Of a DNA stretch of 64,000 nucleotides, positions 27,107 through 35,091 are shown one piece after another. The translations under genes and the position numbers were made by a program. The notes beneath the pieces were generated by a model, which saw nothing but the letters and a program-made list of their open reading frames with translations, searched no databases and was not told the origin of the DNA. The stretch is taken from the sequence record NC_047838.1; one strand, given 5' to 3'. Each line of letters begins with the position of its first letter. The stretch's first letter is position 1.

Positions 27107-29400
27107 GTAACGGTATTAAAGTTCAGAAGAGAGATGGGCGAATTGAGTCTCTTGACCTAGACAAGATGCATTTGATGGTTGACGAGGCAACCAAGGGTCT
27201 TGCAGGGGTGTCTGCGAGTCAAGTTGAGATGAAGTCGGGTATCCAGTTTTATGATGGCATCACCACCGCAGAGATTCAAGAAATTCTGATTAAGGCAGCA
27301 AGTGATCTGATTGATTTAGATCACCCGAACTATCAGTTTGTAGCAGCACGTCTGCTTCTCTTTAGTCTCCGTAAGAGTCTCTACGGAAAGATGAGAGAAC
27401 TTCCTCATCTTGAGAATCACATCTATAGTTGTACAAATATTGATGTGTATGACAAAGAGATCTTCGTCAAGTATTCAAAGGAAGAGATTGATAAGGCAAA
27501 CGGATATATTGATCATCACCGTGATTTCTTGTTCACCTATGCTGGTTTGAGGCAGGTTGCGGATAAATACCTAGTACAGGACAGGAGCAGTGGCGGAGTC
27601 TATGAGACTCCTCAGTTCATGTACATGATGATTGCTCTCACTATCTTCCAAGAATATCCTAAAGACACTAGGATGTCTTACGTTAAGAGGTACTATGACG
27701 CAATCTCCAGACACCGACTCAACATTCCCACACCTATCATGGCAGGAGTGCGAACTCCACTTCGACAGTTTGCTAGCTGTGTTCTTGTTGATGTTGATGA
27801 CACCCTCGATTCTATCTTTAGCTCTGATATGGCAATTGGCCGCTACGTTGCACAAAGGGCGGGAATCGGTATCAACGCAGGTAGAATCCGTGGCATCAAC
27901 AGTAAAATCAGAGGTGGAGAAGTCCAGCACACTGGCGTTGTTCCGTTTCTCAAAAAATTTGAATCGACTGTCAGATGCTGTACGCAAAATGGCATCAGAG
28001 GTGGATCAGCTACGGTTCACTTTCCAATCTGGCACCAAGAAATCGAAGACATCATCGTACTCAAGAACAACAAAGGAACCGAAGACAACCGCGTAAGAAA
28101 ACTTGACTACTCTATCCAGATTACAAAACTTTTCTACGAACGTTTCATCCAAGATGCGGAGATTAGCTTATTCTCACCGCATGACACGCCGGGTCTCTAT
28201 GATGCTTTTGGGACTGATCGTTTTGACGACTTATATGTTAGTTACGAACGAGATGAGTCTATTCCTAGAAAAACTATCGGGGCACAAAAATTGATCCTTG
28301 ATCTTCTCAAGGAGAGAGCAGAGACTGGTCGAATCTATATCATGAACCTTGACCACTGCAATACTCACTCTTCCTTCAAAGACAAGGTAGAGATGTCTAA
28401 TCTTTGTCAAGAAATTACTCTGCCAACTTATCCTCTTCAGCATATTGATGATGAGTTTGGTGAGATTGCTCTGTGTATTCTGTCTGCCATCAACGTTGGT
28501 AAGGTCAAGTCTGATGAGGAGTTGGAAGATCTCTGTGATCTTTCTGTACGTTCCCTTGATGAATTGATTGATTATCAGGAGTATCCAGTCAAGGCAGCAG
28601 AGGTCGCTACAAAGGCACGTAGGTCCCTTGGAATTGGTTTTATTGGTTTGGCACACTATCTTGCTAAACTTGGATTTAAATATGGATCTCAAGAGGCATG
28701 GGATGCTGTTCATGGTCTCTCAGAATCATTCCAATTCTACCTCCTTAAGTCATCAAACAAACTTGCTCAGGAGAAAGGACACTGCTCTAACTTTGGTCGC
28801 ACTAAGTATGCAGATGGTATCCTGCCGATTGATACATACAAGAAGGATGTAGATGAAATCAGCACTCAGGAGTATCAGCATGATTGGGAGTCTCTTAGAG
28901 CATCTATCTTGGAGACAGGACTGCGACACAGCACTCTGTCCGCACAAATGCCTTCAGAGAGTAGTTCCGTTGTGTCAAACGCAACCAACGGAATCGAACC
29001 ACCGCGTGGATTTTTGTCCATTAAGAAATCAAAGAAAGGACCTCTTAAGCAGGTTGTTCCGTCTTATACAACGTTGAAAAATAACTACACACTTTTGTGG
29101 GACATGCCTGATAACACAGGTTACATAAATGTGGTGGCAGTTATGCAAAAATTCTTTGATCAAGCCATATCTGGTAACTGGTCGTATAATCCCGAACACT
29201 TTGATGATAATGAGGTCCCTGTTTCTGTGATGGCAAATGATCTGCTGACTACATATAAGTATGGTTGGAAGACTTCATACTATCAAAATACAAATGACCT
29301 CAAGAGTGATGAGGTTGAGGAGGAGAAGTCTGACTTAAATAATCTGTTAAACGAATTAGAACAAGCCGAGGAGGGAGAGTGTGAATCCTGTGCAGTTTAA
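27103..29400 (+). CDS. nrdA: Class Ia ribonucleotide reductase alpha subunit
   Basis: ATP cone VQKRDG, PTPIMAG, SCVL, SNLCQEI, AQMPSESSS, C-terminal CESC. Confidence 0.98.
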   Translation: MSNGIKVQKRDGRIESLDLDKMHLMVDEATKGLAGVSASQVEMKSGIQFYDGITTAEIQEILIKAASDLIDLDHPNYQFVAARLLLFSLRKSLYGKMRELPHLENHIYSCTNIDVYDKEIFVKYSKEEIDKANGYIDHHRDFLFTYAGLRQVADKYLVQDRSSGGVYETPQFMYMMIALTIFQEYPKDTRMSYVKRYYDAISRHRLNIPTPIMAGVRTPLRQFASCVLVDVDDTLDSIFSSDMAIGRYVAQRAGIGINAGRIRGINSKIRGGEVQHTGVVPFLKKFESTVRCCTQNGIRGGSATVHFPIWHQEIEDIIVLKNNKGTEDNRVRKLDYSIQITKLFYERFIQDAEISLFSPHDTPGLYDAFGTDRFDDLYVSYERDESIPRKTIGAQKLILDLLKERAETGRIYIMNLDHCNTHSSFKDKVEMSNLCQEITLPTYPLQHIDDEFGEIALCILSAINVGKVKSDEELEDLCDLSVRSLDELIDYQEYPVKAAEVATKARRSLGIGFIGLAHYLAKLGFKYGSQEAWDAVHGLSESFQFYLLKSSNKLAQEKGHCSNFGRTKYADGILPIDTYKKDVDEISTQEYQHDWESLRASILETGLRHSTLSAQMPSESSSVVSNATNGIEPPRGFLSIKKSKKGPLKQVVPSYTTLKNNYTLLWDMPDNTGYINVVAVMQKFFDQAISGNWSYNPEHFDDNEVPVSVMANDLLTTYKYGWKTSYYQNTNDLKSDEVEEEKSDLNNLLNELEQAEEGECESCAV

Positions 29401-30571
29401 GGTGTCGTCAGTGGAAGATGTGAAAACTAAAGTTAAAGGCATGACTGTCTTTAACACCGAACAAGTTAATACTAAAAAGCAACCGATGTTCTTCGGTAAA
29501 CCTCTGGGAGTCCAGAGATACGATTCATACAAATACCCAGTATTCGATAAACTTACAACGCAACAATTAGGATACTTCTGGAGACCAGAAGAAGTTTCAC
29601 TACAGAAAGACCGTGGGGATTATCAAACACTTCGCCCAGAACAAAAGCATATCTATACCTCTAACCTCAAGTACCAGATTATGCTTGACTCCATTCAAGG
29701 GCGTGGTCCTGGGATGGCTTTTATTCCTTACTGTAGCTTACCTGAACTAGAGGCATGTATGGAGGTCTGGGGATTCATGGAGATGATCCATAGTCGCTCC
29801 TACACATACATTATCAAGAACATCTACAGCGACCCCTCAGAGGTCTTTGATAAGATTGTCACCGATGACCGTATCCTAGAGCGTGCTAGCAGCGTCACAC
29901 AGGGGTATGACGACTTTATTCAGAGTGCTCATCAATATGATGGTAGCACCATGTGGGAACTTGCCACGGAGGGACATATTGGAGGTCAATATGATCGCCG
30001 TGAGGTGAAGCGTAAACTTTATAGAGCAGTTGCAAATGTCAACATCCTGGAAGGAATACGGTTTTATGTTTCTTTTGCTTGCAGTTTTGCTTTTGGTGAA
30101 CTTAAACTCATGGAGGGTTCTGCAAAAATTATCTCCCTTATTGCTAGAGATGAGAATCAACACCTCGCCATCACCCAAAACATTCTGAACAAGTGGAGAT
30201 CAGGTGATGATCCTGAGATGAAGCAGATCATGAAAGAAGAGGAGGAGTGGACTCTCAAAGCATTTGATAATGCAGTCAACGAAGAGAAACGTTGGGCAGA
30301 CTATCTGTTCAGAGATGGATCGATGATTGGTTTGAATGACAAGTTGCTTCAGCAATATGTTGAGTGGATTGCTAATCGTCGTCTGAAAGCGATTGGTCTG
30401 AAACCACAGTATGATATTGCAGCAAGTAACAACCCTCTGCCCTGGACGCAGCATTGGATCTCTTCTAAGGGTCTTCAGGTAGCACCACAGGAGACTGAGG
30501 TAGAGTCCTACGTTGTCGGTGGTATCAAGCAAGATGTGAAAAAGGACACATTTAGTGGTTTTAAGCTCTGA
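29381..30571 (+). CDS. nrdB: Class Ia ribonucleotide reductase beta subunit
   Basis: FWRPEE, EMIHSRSY, LEGIRFYVSF, RDENQH, PQETEVESY. Confidence 0.98.
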   Translation: MNPVQFKVSSVEDVKTKVKGMTVFNTEQVNTKKQPMFFGKPLGVQRYDSYKYPVFDKLTTQQLGYFWRPEEVSLQKDRGDYQTLRPEQKHIYTSNLKYQIMLDSIQGRGPGMAFIPYCSLPELEACMEVWGFMEMIHSRSYTYIIKNIYSDPSEVFDKIVTDDRILERASSVTQGYDDFIQSAHQYDGSTMWELATEGHIGGQYDRREVKRKLYRAVANVNILEGIRFYVSFACSFAFGELKLMEGSAKIISLIARDENQHLAITQNILNKWRSGDDPEMKQIMKEEEEWTLKAFDNAVNEEKRWADYLFRDGSMIGLNDKLLQQYVEWIANRRLKAIGLKPQYDIAASNNPLPWTQHWISSKGLQVAPQETEVESYVVGGIKQDVKKDTFSGFKL

Positions 30572-30579
30572 TTGTTGCT

Positions 30580-30606
30580 TAAATAGGGAGGAGTGATTCT
30601 CCTCCC
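30580..30606 (+). promoter_or_regulatory. Late promoter TAAATA followed by an 8-bp hairpin
   Basis: TAAATA 30580-30585; GGGAGGAG-tgatt-CTCCTCCC without U-tract. Confidence 0.5.
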
Positions 30607-30621
30607 ATCGTGCCTAGAAAT

Positions 30622-30765
30622 ATGTTGACTAAAGACGAGATCAAGGTTAGAGTCTTGAAGTTGAAAAACGAATTGATTCATGAACAAGAACCTGTGATGT
30701 ACAAAGATCTTGCTCATAAATACCTCAATAAGGTATTAGACATTCTGGATGAGTATCGAAGTTGA
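30622..30765 (+). CDS. Small hypothetical protein (47 aa, not in ORF track)
   Basis: MLTKDEIKVRVLKLKNEL...DEYRS; overlaps the next gene. Confidence 0.55.
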   Translation: MLTKDEIKVRVLKLKNELIHEQEPVMYKDLAHKYLNKVLDILDEYRS

Positions 30766-31192
30766 TTATGAAAACCCCTGGATATTTGAAGGAACCCCTT
30801 TTTTATCTGAGAATATTGACGATAACTTCGGTTTTGTCTATCTCATTACAAATCTCACAAACAATCGCCAGTACATCGGTAGAAAATACTTTTGGAAGTT
30901 CCGAACTCCAAAAGGTAAAAAACGAAAAGTAAAATCCGAATCTGATTGGAAAAACTATTATGGGTCTTGTCCAGAACTTAAAGAAGACATTGAACGAATG
31001 GGGCGACAGAATTTTAGTCGCACTATCCTCTCAGTACATAAAACATCTGGCAAAACAAACTTTGAAGAAACAAGACAACTCTTCGTCAACGGGGTACTCA
31101 CCGAGACCCTTGACAGCGGAGTCCCAAGATACTACAATGGAAACATCCTCAACAGATATTTCCGAAAAGACTACTATGAAGGAGACGGTTGA
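30749..31192 (+). CDS. GIY-YIG family endonuclease (Seg-like, short)
   Basis: GFVYLITNLTNNRQYIGRK, YYGS, YYNGNI. Confidence 0.85.
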   Translation: MSIEVDYENPWIFEGTPFLSENIDDNFGFVYLITNLTNNRQYIGRKYFWKFRTPKGKKRKVKSESDWKNYYGSCPELKEDIERMGRQNFSRTILSVHKTSGKTNFEETRQLFVNGVLTETLDSGVPRYYNGNILNRYFRKDYYEGDG

Positions 31193-31403
31193 CATCGTTA
31201 ATCACATTCGTGAATGGGCAGTTGATCAAGTAGAATCTAAGGATGACTTTGATGAAATTGCAGATAGGTTTGCACTCATCGAAGAATACAAGGAATGGTT
31301 CAACCTTGAAGACGACCTTGAAATTGTAAGTCTTGACCAAATCAAAGAAGACGAGTATAATGACTTTGTTGATTACATGAATGACGGCATGGAACGCGGT
31401 TGA
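31176..31403 (+). CDS. Acidic hypothetical protein
   Basis: MKETVDIVNHIREWA...; real start internal to ORF-track call 30960. Confidence 0.65.
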   Translation: MKETVDIVNHIREWAVDQVESKDDFDEIADRFALIEEYKEWFNLEDDLEIVSLDQIKEDEYNDFVDYMNDGMERG

Positions 31404-31412
31404 TTCTTATTT

Positions 31413-31486
<74 letters not shown>

Positions 31487-31538
31487 CTGGGCATCAGGAG
31501 AGACCACCACCACCTCCTCTCCTGTGTAAGACCCGCTT

Positions 31539-31609
31539 GCGAGTGTGGTGTAGCGGTAACATGCGAGCCTTCCAAGCTCTTGTCACGGGTTCGATCCCCG
31601 TCACTCGCT
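31539..31609 (+). tRNA. tRNA-Gly(UCC)
   Basis: GCGAGTG/CACTCGC acceptor; loop CTTCCAA. Confidence 0.93.
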
Positions 31610-31610
31610 T

Positions 31611-31730
31611 AACGGATTAGCGACATCCGTGCTCACATCTCCGAGAGAAAAAAGAATCGGAACAACAACCCATGTGAGAGAGGGGTGGGATCCCCCTTGG
31701 TGCTACCGCTGCTGACGAGTAGCGGTTATT
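31611..31730 (+). ncRNA. Candidate multi-stem structured RNA between tRNA-Gly and tRNA-Asn
   Basis: ACGGAT/ATCCGT; CTCACAT/ATGTGAG enclosing TCCGA/TCGGA; AGGGG/CCCCT; ACCGCTGCT/AGTAGCGGT. Confidence 0.55.
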
Positions 31731-31735
31731 CTCAA

Positions 31736-31808
31736 TCCTCTATAGCTCAGTTGGTAGAGCAGGTGACTGTTAATCACCCTGTCCCTGGTTCGAGTCCAGG
31801 TGGAGGAG
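31736..31808 (+). tRNA. tRNA-Asn(GUU)
   Basis: TCCTCTA/TGGAGGA; GGTGA-CTGTTAA-TCACC. Confidence 0.95.
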
Positions 31809-31811
31809 TAC

Positions 31812-31883
31812 GGGAGTTTGGCGCAGCGGTAGCGCATCTGCTTTACACGCAGCTGGTCACTGGTTCGATCCCAGTAACTCCCA
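31812..31883 (+). tRNA. tRNA-Val(UAC)
   Basis: GGGAGTT/AACTCCC; loop TTTACAC; one mismatch at the top of the anticodon stem. Confidence 0.9.
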
Positions 31884-31907
31884 TTCCCTCTAAGAGGTCT
31901 ATGAAAA

Positions 31908-32156
31908 ATGATTACCGTAAGATGCAAAGAATGTGGAAAGGAATTGACTTCCACTAGTAAGGTTCAATTCTGTGGTTGCCCCAACCAAGTAAGAGTTGTG
32001 GACAACAAAGTTGGTGCTGTTGACTTGGATAAAGTCGTAATGGTATCTAACAACGTAGAGAATAAGATTAACAGTCATTTCTCTAGATCAGAACTCCTCT
32101 ATCAAGAGGAGAGACGTAGGCGCAAAGTTCGTAGACTGGACTTTGAAGTCAAATAA
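31908..32156 (+). CDS. Small Zn-ribbon hypothetical protein
   Basis: CKEC...CGC; GAGG SD. Confidence 0.7.
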   Translation: MITVRCKECGKELTSTSKVQFCGCPNQVRVVDNKVGAVDLDKVVMVSNNVENKINSHFSRSELLYQEERRRRKVRRLDFEVK

Positions 32157-32243
32157 GGAAGAGTGGTCGAGTGGTTTATGGCACTGGTCTTGAAAACCAG
32201 CGAGGGTGCAAGTCCTCCGTGGGTTCAAATCCCACCTCTTCCG
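32157..32243 (+). tRNA. tRNA-Ser(UGA)
   Basis: GGAAGAG/CTCTTCC; CTGGT-CTTGAAA-ACCAG; long variable arm; 87 nt. Confidence 0.95.
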
Positions 32244-32319
32244 TTATAATTTCCTAATATTTAATATTTTTGTAACAGTCTGATACACTAGATAGGTTGT
32301 AGGCAATCTTTCTACCACC

Positions 32320-32475
32320 ATGCATCCCGACGAGTTACAAAACTGGCAGATTATCAAAGAGAAATTTGAGGAAAACGGCACAACAGACAACTACTTTTAC
32401 AAGCGAGCTTGTGCTATAGTAAGCGGGCAACCGGACCCGATGAGTAATTTACCAAATGTCTCACAGGATGGATGA
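32320..32475 (+). CDS. Small hypothetical protein (51 aa, not in ORF track)
   Basis: MHPDELQNWQIIKEKFEENG...YFYKRACAI. Confidence 0.6.
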   Translation: MHPDELQNWQIIKEKFEENGTTDNYFYKRACAIVSGQPDPMSNLPNVSQDG

Positions 32476-32638
32476 GATCAAACCTGAGCACTACCTTACT
32501 AAAAAAGAGTGCCAGGAGATGATCGACAAAGCAATTGACAAACACAATAAAACTGCTACAGTTATAAGTGCCATCCTCGGCGGTATCCTCCTTGCGTTTT
32601 ATTCGCATGGTGTGCTATCATTAGTAGGTCGAGTGTAG
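32456..32638 (+). CDS. Small membrane protein
   Basis: C-terminal hydrophobic helix ISAILGGILLAF. Confidence 0.65.
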   Translation: MSHRMDEIKPEHYLTKKECQEMIDKAIDKHNKTATVISAILGGILLAFYSHGVLSLVGRV

Positions 32639-32689
32639 GCTGCGGTAACCCCCTTGGTAGTTCAGGGTTAGCGGCGACAGGAACTACCA
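32639..32689 (+). ncRNA. Candidate H-type pseudoknot immediately 5' of tRNA-Pro
   Basis: TAACCC/GGGTTA stem (extendable by GCTGC/GCGGC); loop TGGTAGTTC is complementary to downstream GAACTACCA. Confidence 0.5.
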
Positions 32690-32692
32690 CCA

Positions 32693-32766
32693 CGGGGTGT
32701 AGCTCAGTTTGGTAGAGCACTCGCTTTGGGAGCGAGTGGCCGAAGGTTCAAATCCTTTCACCCCGA
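32693..32766 (+). tRNA. tRNA-Pro(UGG)
   Basis: CGGGGTG/CACCCCG; CTCGC-TTTGGGA-GCGAG. Confidence 0.95.
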
Positions 32767-32958
32767 TTGCTTATACATAATGGCAAGATGCAATTTTTTT
32801 CTGTGGAATACTGGCAGGAGAACTGGGAAACTCTCATGGAGAGAGTGGAGAATGGGGAAACAATTGGTGTAGAGAATGAGAACGGAGATAGAGCAGTAAT
32901 GGTTCCAGCGGATGATGAAATCATACGCTTATACACAGATCACGAAGAAGGATCGTAG
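32767..32958 (+). CDS. Small hypothetical protein (true start probably internal)
   Basis: ...VEYWQENWETLMERVENGETIGV... Confidence 0.55.
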   Translation: MLIHNGKMQFFSVEYWQENWETLMERVENGETIGVENENGDRAVMVPADDEIIRLYTDHEEGS

Positions 32959-33031
32959 GGGGGTTTAGCAATCTGGTGAATGCAGCAAACTCATAATTTG
33001 CCTAAGGTGAGTTCGATCCTCACAACCCCTA
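32959..33031 (+). tRNA. tRNA with CAU anticodon (elongator Met or Ile2; not initiator)
   Basis: GGGGGTT/AACCCCT; GCAAA-CTCATAA-TTTGC lacks the three G-C pairs of initiator tRNA. Confidence 0.88.
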
Positions 33032-33060
33032 TTGACGGTTCTCCGTCATTCCCTTATAAT
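33032..33060 (+). promoter_or_regulatory. Sigma70-like promoter
   Basis: TTGACG-17 nt-TATAAT. Confidence 0.75.
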
Positions 33061-33082
33061 ACTAAGGTCAACAAGCAAGAAA

Positions 33083-33295
33083 ATGACACTGACTAGTAAG
33101 TTCAAGAAAGACATTCAAACCCTCCGTGGTGCTGTAAACGGTGAGTTTTTCCTTGATGTGAAGAATCCGAAACTTCTCAAAAAGGTTCGTCGTTATTATG
33201 AGAATAACGGAGTTGTATTTTCTGGCGATGCTCTTGACGACTATGATATTCTAATGGAGCAAATCGCAATTGATCTTGAAGCAGTAGAGGCATGA
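33083..33295 (+). CDS. Hypothetical protein
   Basis: MTLTSKFKKDIQTL... downstream of the promoter. Confidence 0.7.
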   Translation: MTLTSKFKKDIQTLRGAVNGEFFLDVKNPKLLKKVRRYYENNGVVFSGDALDDYDILMEQIAIDLEAVEA

Positions 33296-33525
33296 AAATT
33301 CTTCTAGAGCGTTTCCCTTATCGTTATGTTGAGTCTGGCACACTTGAAAATGGTATGCCAGACTATCGCATTCAAAAAGCACATGAGTATACCAAGCGAT
33401 ACTCTGACATGTATCTTCTTGACAATCAGATGCAACTTCTGACTGCCATGGATGATTTTGAATACACCAAATGGTTGGACCCTGCAGGTGTTCCTTGCTA
33501 CATCAAAGACTCGGTAAGTCGTTAA
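33292..33525 (+). CDS. Hypothetical protein
   Basis: MKILLERFPYRYVE...; ATGA coupling. Confidence 0.7.
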   Translation: MKILLERFPYRYVESGTLENGMPDYRIQKAHEYTKRYSDMYLLDNQMQLLTAMDDFEYTKWLDPAGVPCYIKDSVSR

Positions 33526-33594
33526 ACTAGCCCTGGTCGGGATACCCCCAAGTCACGGATGGACTATAACAGAACTGGTGGAGTCATTAGACCC
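33508..33594 (+). ncRNA. Candidate structured RNA with repeated GACT/AGTC pairing blocks and a UGGUG motif
   Basis: GACT-cggta-AGTC; GGTC(33535)/GACC(33590); AGTC-acggatg-GACT with alternative partner AGTC 33582. Confidence 0.4.
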
Positions 33595-33634
33595 TCTAAA
33601 AACTAAATAATACAAGAGTAAATTCTTTAGTAAA

Positions 33635-33835
33635 ATGGCAACAAAAGGAACGGCAGCAAAGTCTGCAAGTGGTGCATCGATGTCTAAGTATGATGTCGAA
33701 GTAGAGGCACGACTTAATCAAATTGAAGCGAGACTCGCAGAGATGGAAGTTAAACTTTATGAAGGTTCTGACGACTCTGTGAAAGCACAGTTGGAAGATC
33801 TTATTAAAAGACTACAGCGCAAAATGAGTTTCTGA
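33635..33835 (+). CDS. Small coiled-coil late protein
   Basis: TAAATA at 33604-33609; MATKGTAAKSASG... Confidence 0.7.
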   Translation: MATKGTAAKSASGASMSKYDVEVEARLNQIEARLAEMEVKLYEGSDDSVKAQLEDLIKRLQRKMSF

Positions 33836-33930
33836 TGGTTTCTTGCTTTACCTAAGAGCAAGTGGTGCGGATGGAGGTAACACTCCCGCCCTGTTTCTTG
33901 CTTCAGGTTAAAGAGCAAGTGGCGTGCATG
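33836..33930 (+). ncRNA. Probable wcaG RNA motif (tandem hairpin-pseudoknot units with two UGGYG)
   Basis: Two units X-TTTCTTGCTT-X'-TAA(A)GAGCAAG-TGGYG, upstream of a WcaG-type SDR gene; family assignment from memory of the Rfam description. Confidence 0.6.
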
Positions 33931-33942
33931 AAAGACCTTACG

Positions 33943-33972
33943 AGGGGTGGTTGTGTAAACCGCCCCTTTTTG
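33943..33972 (+). terminator. Intrinsic terminator with overlapping extended -10 promoter (TGcTATGAT 33972-33980)
   Basis: AGGGGTGGTT-gtgta-AACCGCCCCT-TTTTT. Confidence 0.7.
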
Positions 33973-34005
33973 CTATGATATATAAGGAGGAAAATTACTA
34001 TTATT

Positions 34006-35091
34006 ATGTCTCAGTATAAGAAGACAGCACTTGTTCTTGGTGCTGGTGGATTTATTGGAAGTCATATGGTCAAACGCCTACGCGCTGAGGGATATTGGGT
34101 GCGCGGTGTGGACCTTAAGGATACTGAGTTTTCATCGACTCAAGCACATGAATTTGTCACCGGTGATCTACGTGATGTGAGGTTTGTTCGTGAGTGTATC
34201 CAGTTCAAAGGATACCCTGGCAACTTTAATGCAAACGTACCTTATCAGTATGTTGAACCTTTTGATGAGATCTATCAGTTTGCTGCTGATATGGGTGGAG
34301 CAGGATTTGTCTTTACTGGAGAGAATGATGCAGAGATTATGCATAACTCCTGTACTATTAACTTGAATGTTCTTGAGGAAGTTCGTAAACTGAACGAGAC
34401 CTTCGATGGTGTTGTAAAAGAATGGACGGAAGCAAATCGTCCTAAGTTGGATCAACCCACCAAGATCTTCTACTCTGGATCTGCTTGCATGTATCCTGAG
34501 TATAATCAACTTGACCCTGATAACCCTGATTGCCGTGAAGAATCAGCATACCCAGCAGCACCAGACTCAGAGTATGGGTGGGAGAAACTCTTCAGTGAGC
34601 GGTTGTATCTCGCTTATAATAGGAATCATGGCATTCCTATTTGTATTGCTCGCTACCACAATATCTTCGGACCAGAAGGAACCTGGGAGGGAGGAAGAGA
34701 GAAAGCGCCAGCTGCAATCTGCCGCAAGGTCGCTTATCTCCCGGAGTCGGGTGGAGCAATCGAGGTGTGGGGAGATGGTCTACAGACTCGTTCCTTCCTG
34801 TTCATTGATGAATGCATCGAAGCGACTTGGAGACTAATGCAGTCTGACTTCCAAGGACCTGTGAATATTGGTTCTGAAGAGATGGTTACAATCAATCAAC
34901 TCGTGGATACCGTTGCTAAAGTTTCTGGTAAGGATGTGAACAAGATTCATATCGATGGTCCTCTTGGAGTCCGTGGTCGTAACTCTAACAACGATCTGAT
35001 TCGTGAGAATCTTGGATGGGATTATCAGATGACTCTTGAGGAGGGCATCGCTAAAACTTATGCATGGATTGAGGAGCAAACTAAACAGTGA
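34006..35091 (+). CDS. GDP-mannose 3,5-epimerase-like SDR
   Basis: GAGGFIG, AADMGG, SACMYP, YGWEK, GTWEGGREKAPAAICRK, WGDGLQTRSF closely follow GME motifs. Confidence 0.88.
   Translation: MSQYKKTALVLGAGGFIGSHMVKRLRAEGYWVRGVDLKDTEFSSTQAHEFVTGDLRDVRFVRECIQFKGYPGNFNANVPYQYVEPFDEIYQFAADMGGAGFVFTGENDAEIMHNSCTINLNVLEEVRKLNETFDGVVKEWTEANRPKLDQPTKIFYSGSACMYPEYNQLDPDNPDCREESAYPAAPDSEYGWEKLFSERLYLAYNRNHGIPICIARYHNIFGPEGTWEGGREKAPAAICRKVAYLPESGGAIEVWGDGLQTRSFLFIDECIEATWRLMQSDFQGPVNIGSEEMVTINQLVDTVAKVSGKDVNKIHIDGPLGVRGRNSNNDLIRENLGWDYQMTLEEGIAKTYAWIEEQTKQ

Noticed and set aside
13077-30571. Inteins or group I introns in gp43, gp41, nrdA, nrdB
   Set aside because: ORFs are continuous and of ordinary length, with no intein splice motifs or embedded endonuclease domains
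31703-31957. ORFs 31685-31957 (+) and 31703-31954 (-)
   Set aside because: They overlap two canonical tRNA genes and are artefacts
32271-32287. NtcA-like palindrome TGTA...TACA
   Set aside because: Spacing is TGTA-N9-TACA, one base longer than the NtcA GTA-N8-TAC consensus
33836-33930. CRISPR-like or mini-array interpretation of the duplicated TTTCTTGCTT..AGCAAGTGG unit
   Set aside because: Only two copies, internal covariation fits an RNA structure, and there are no cas genes
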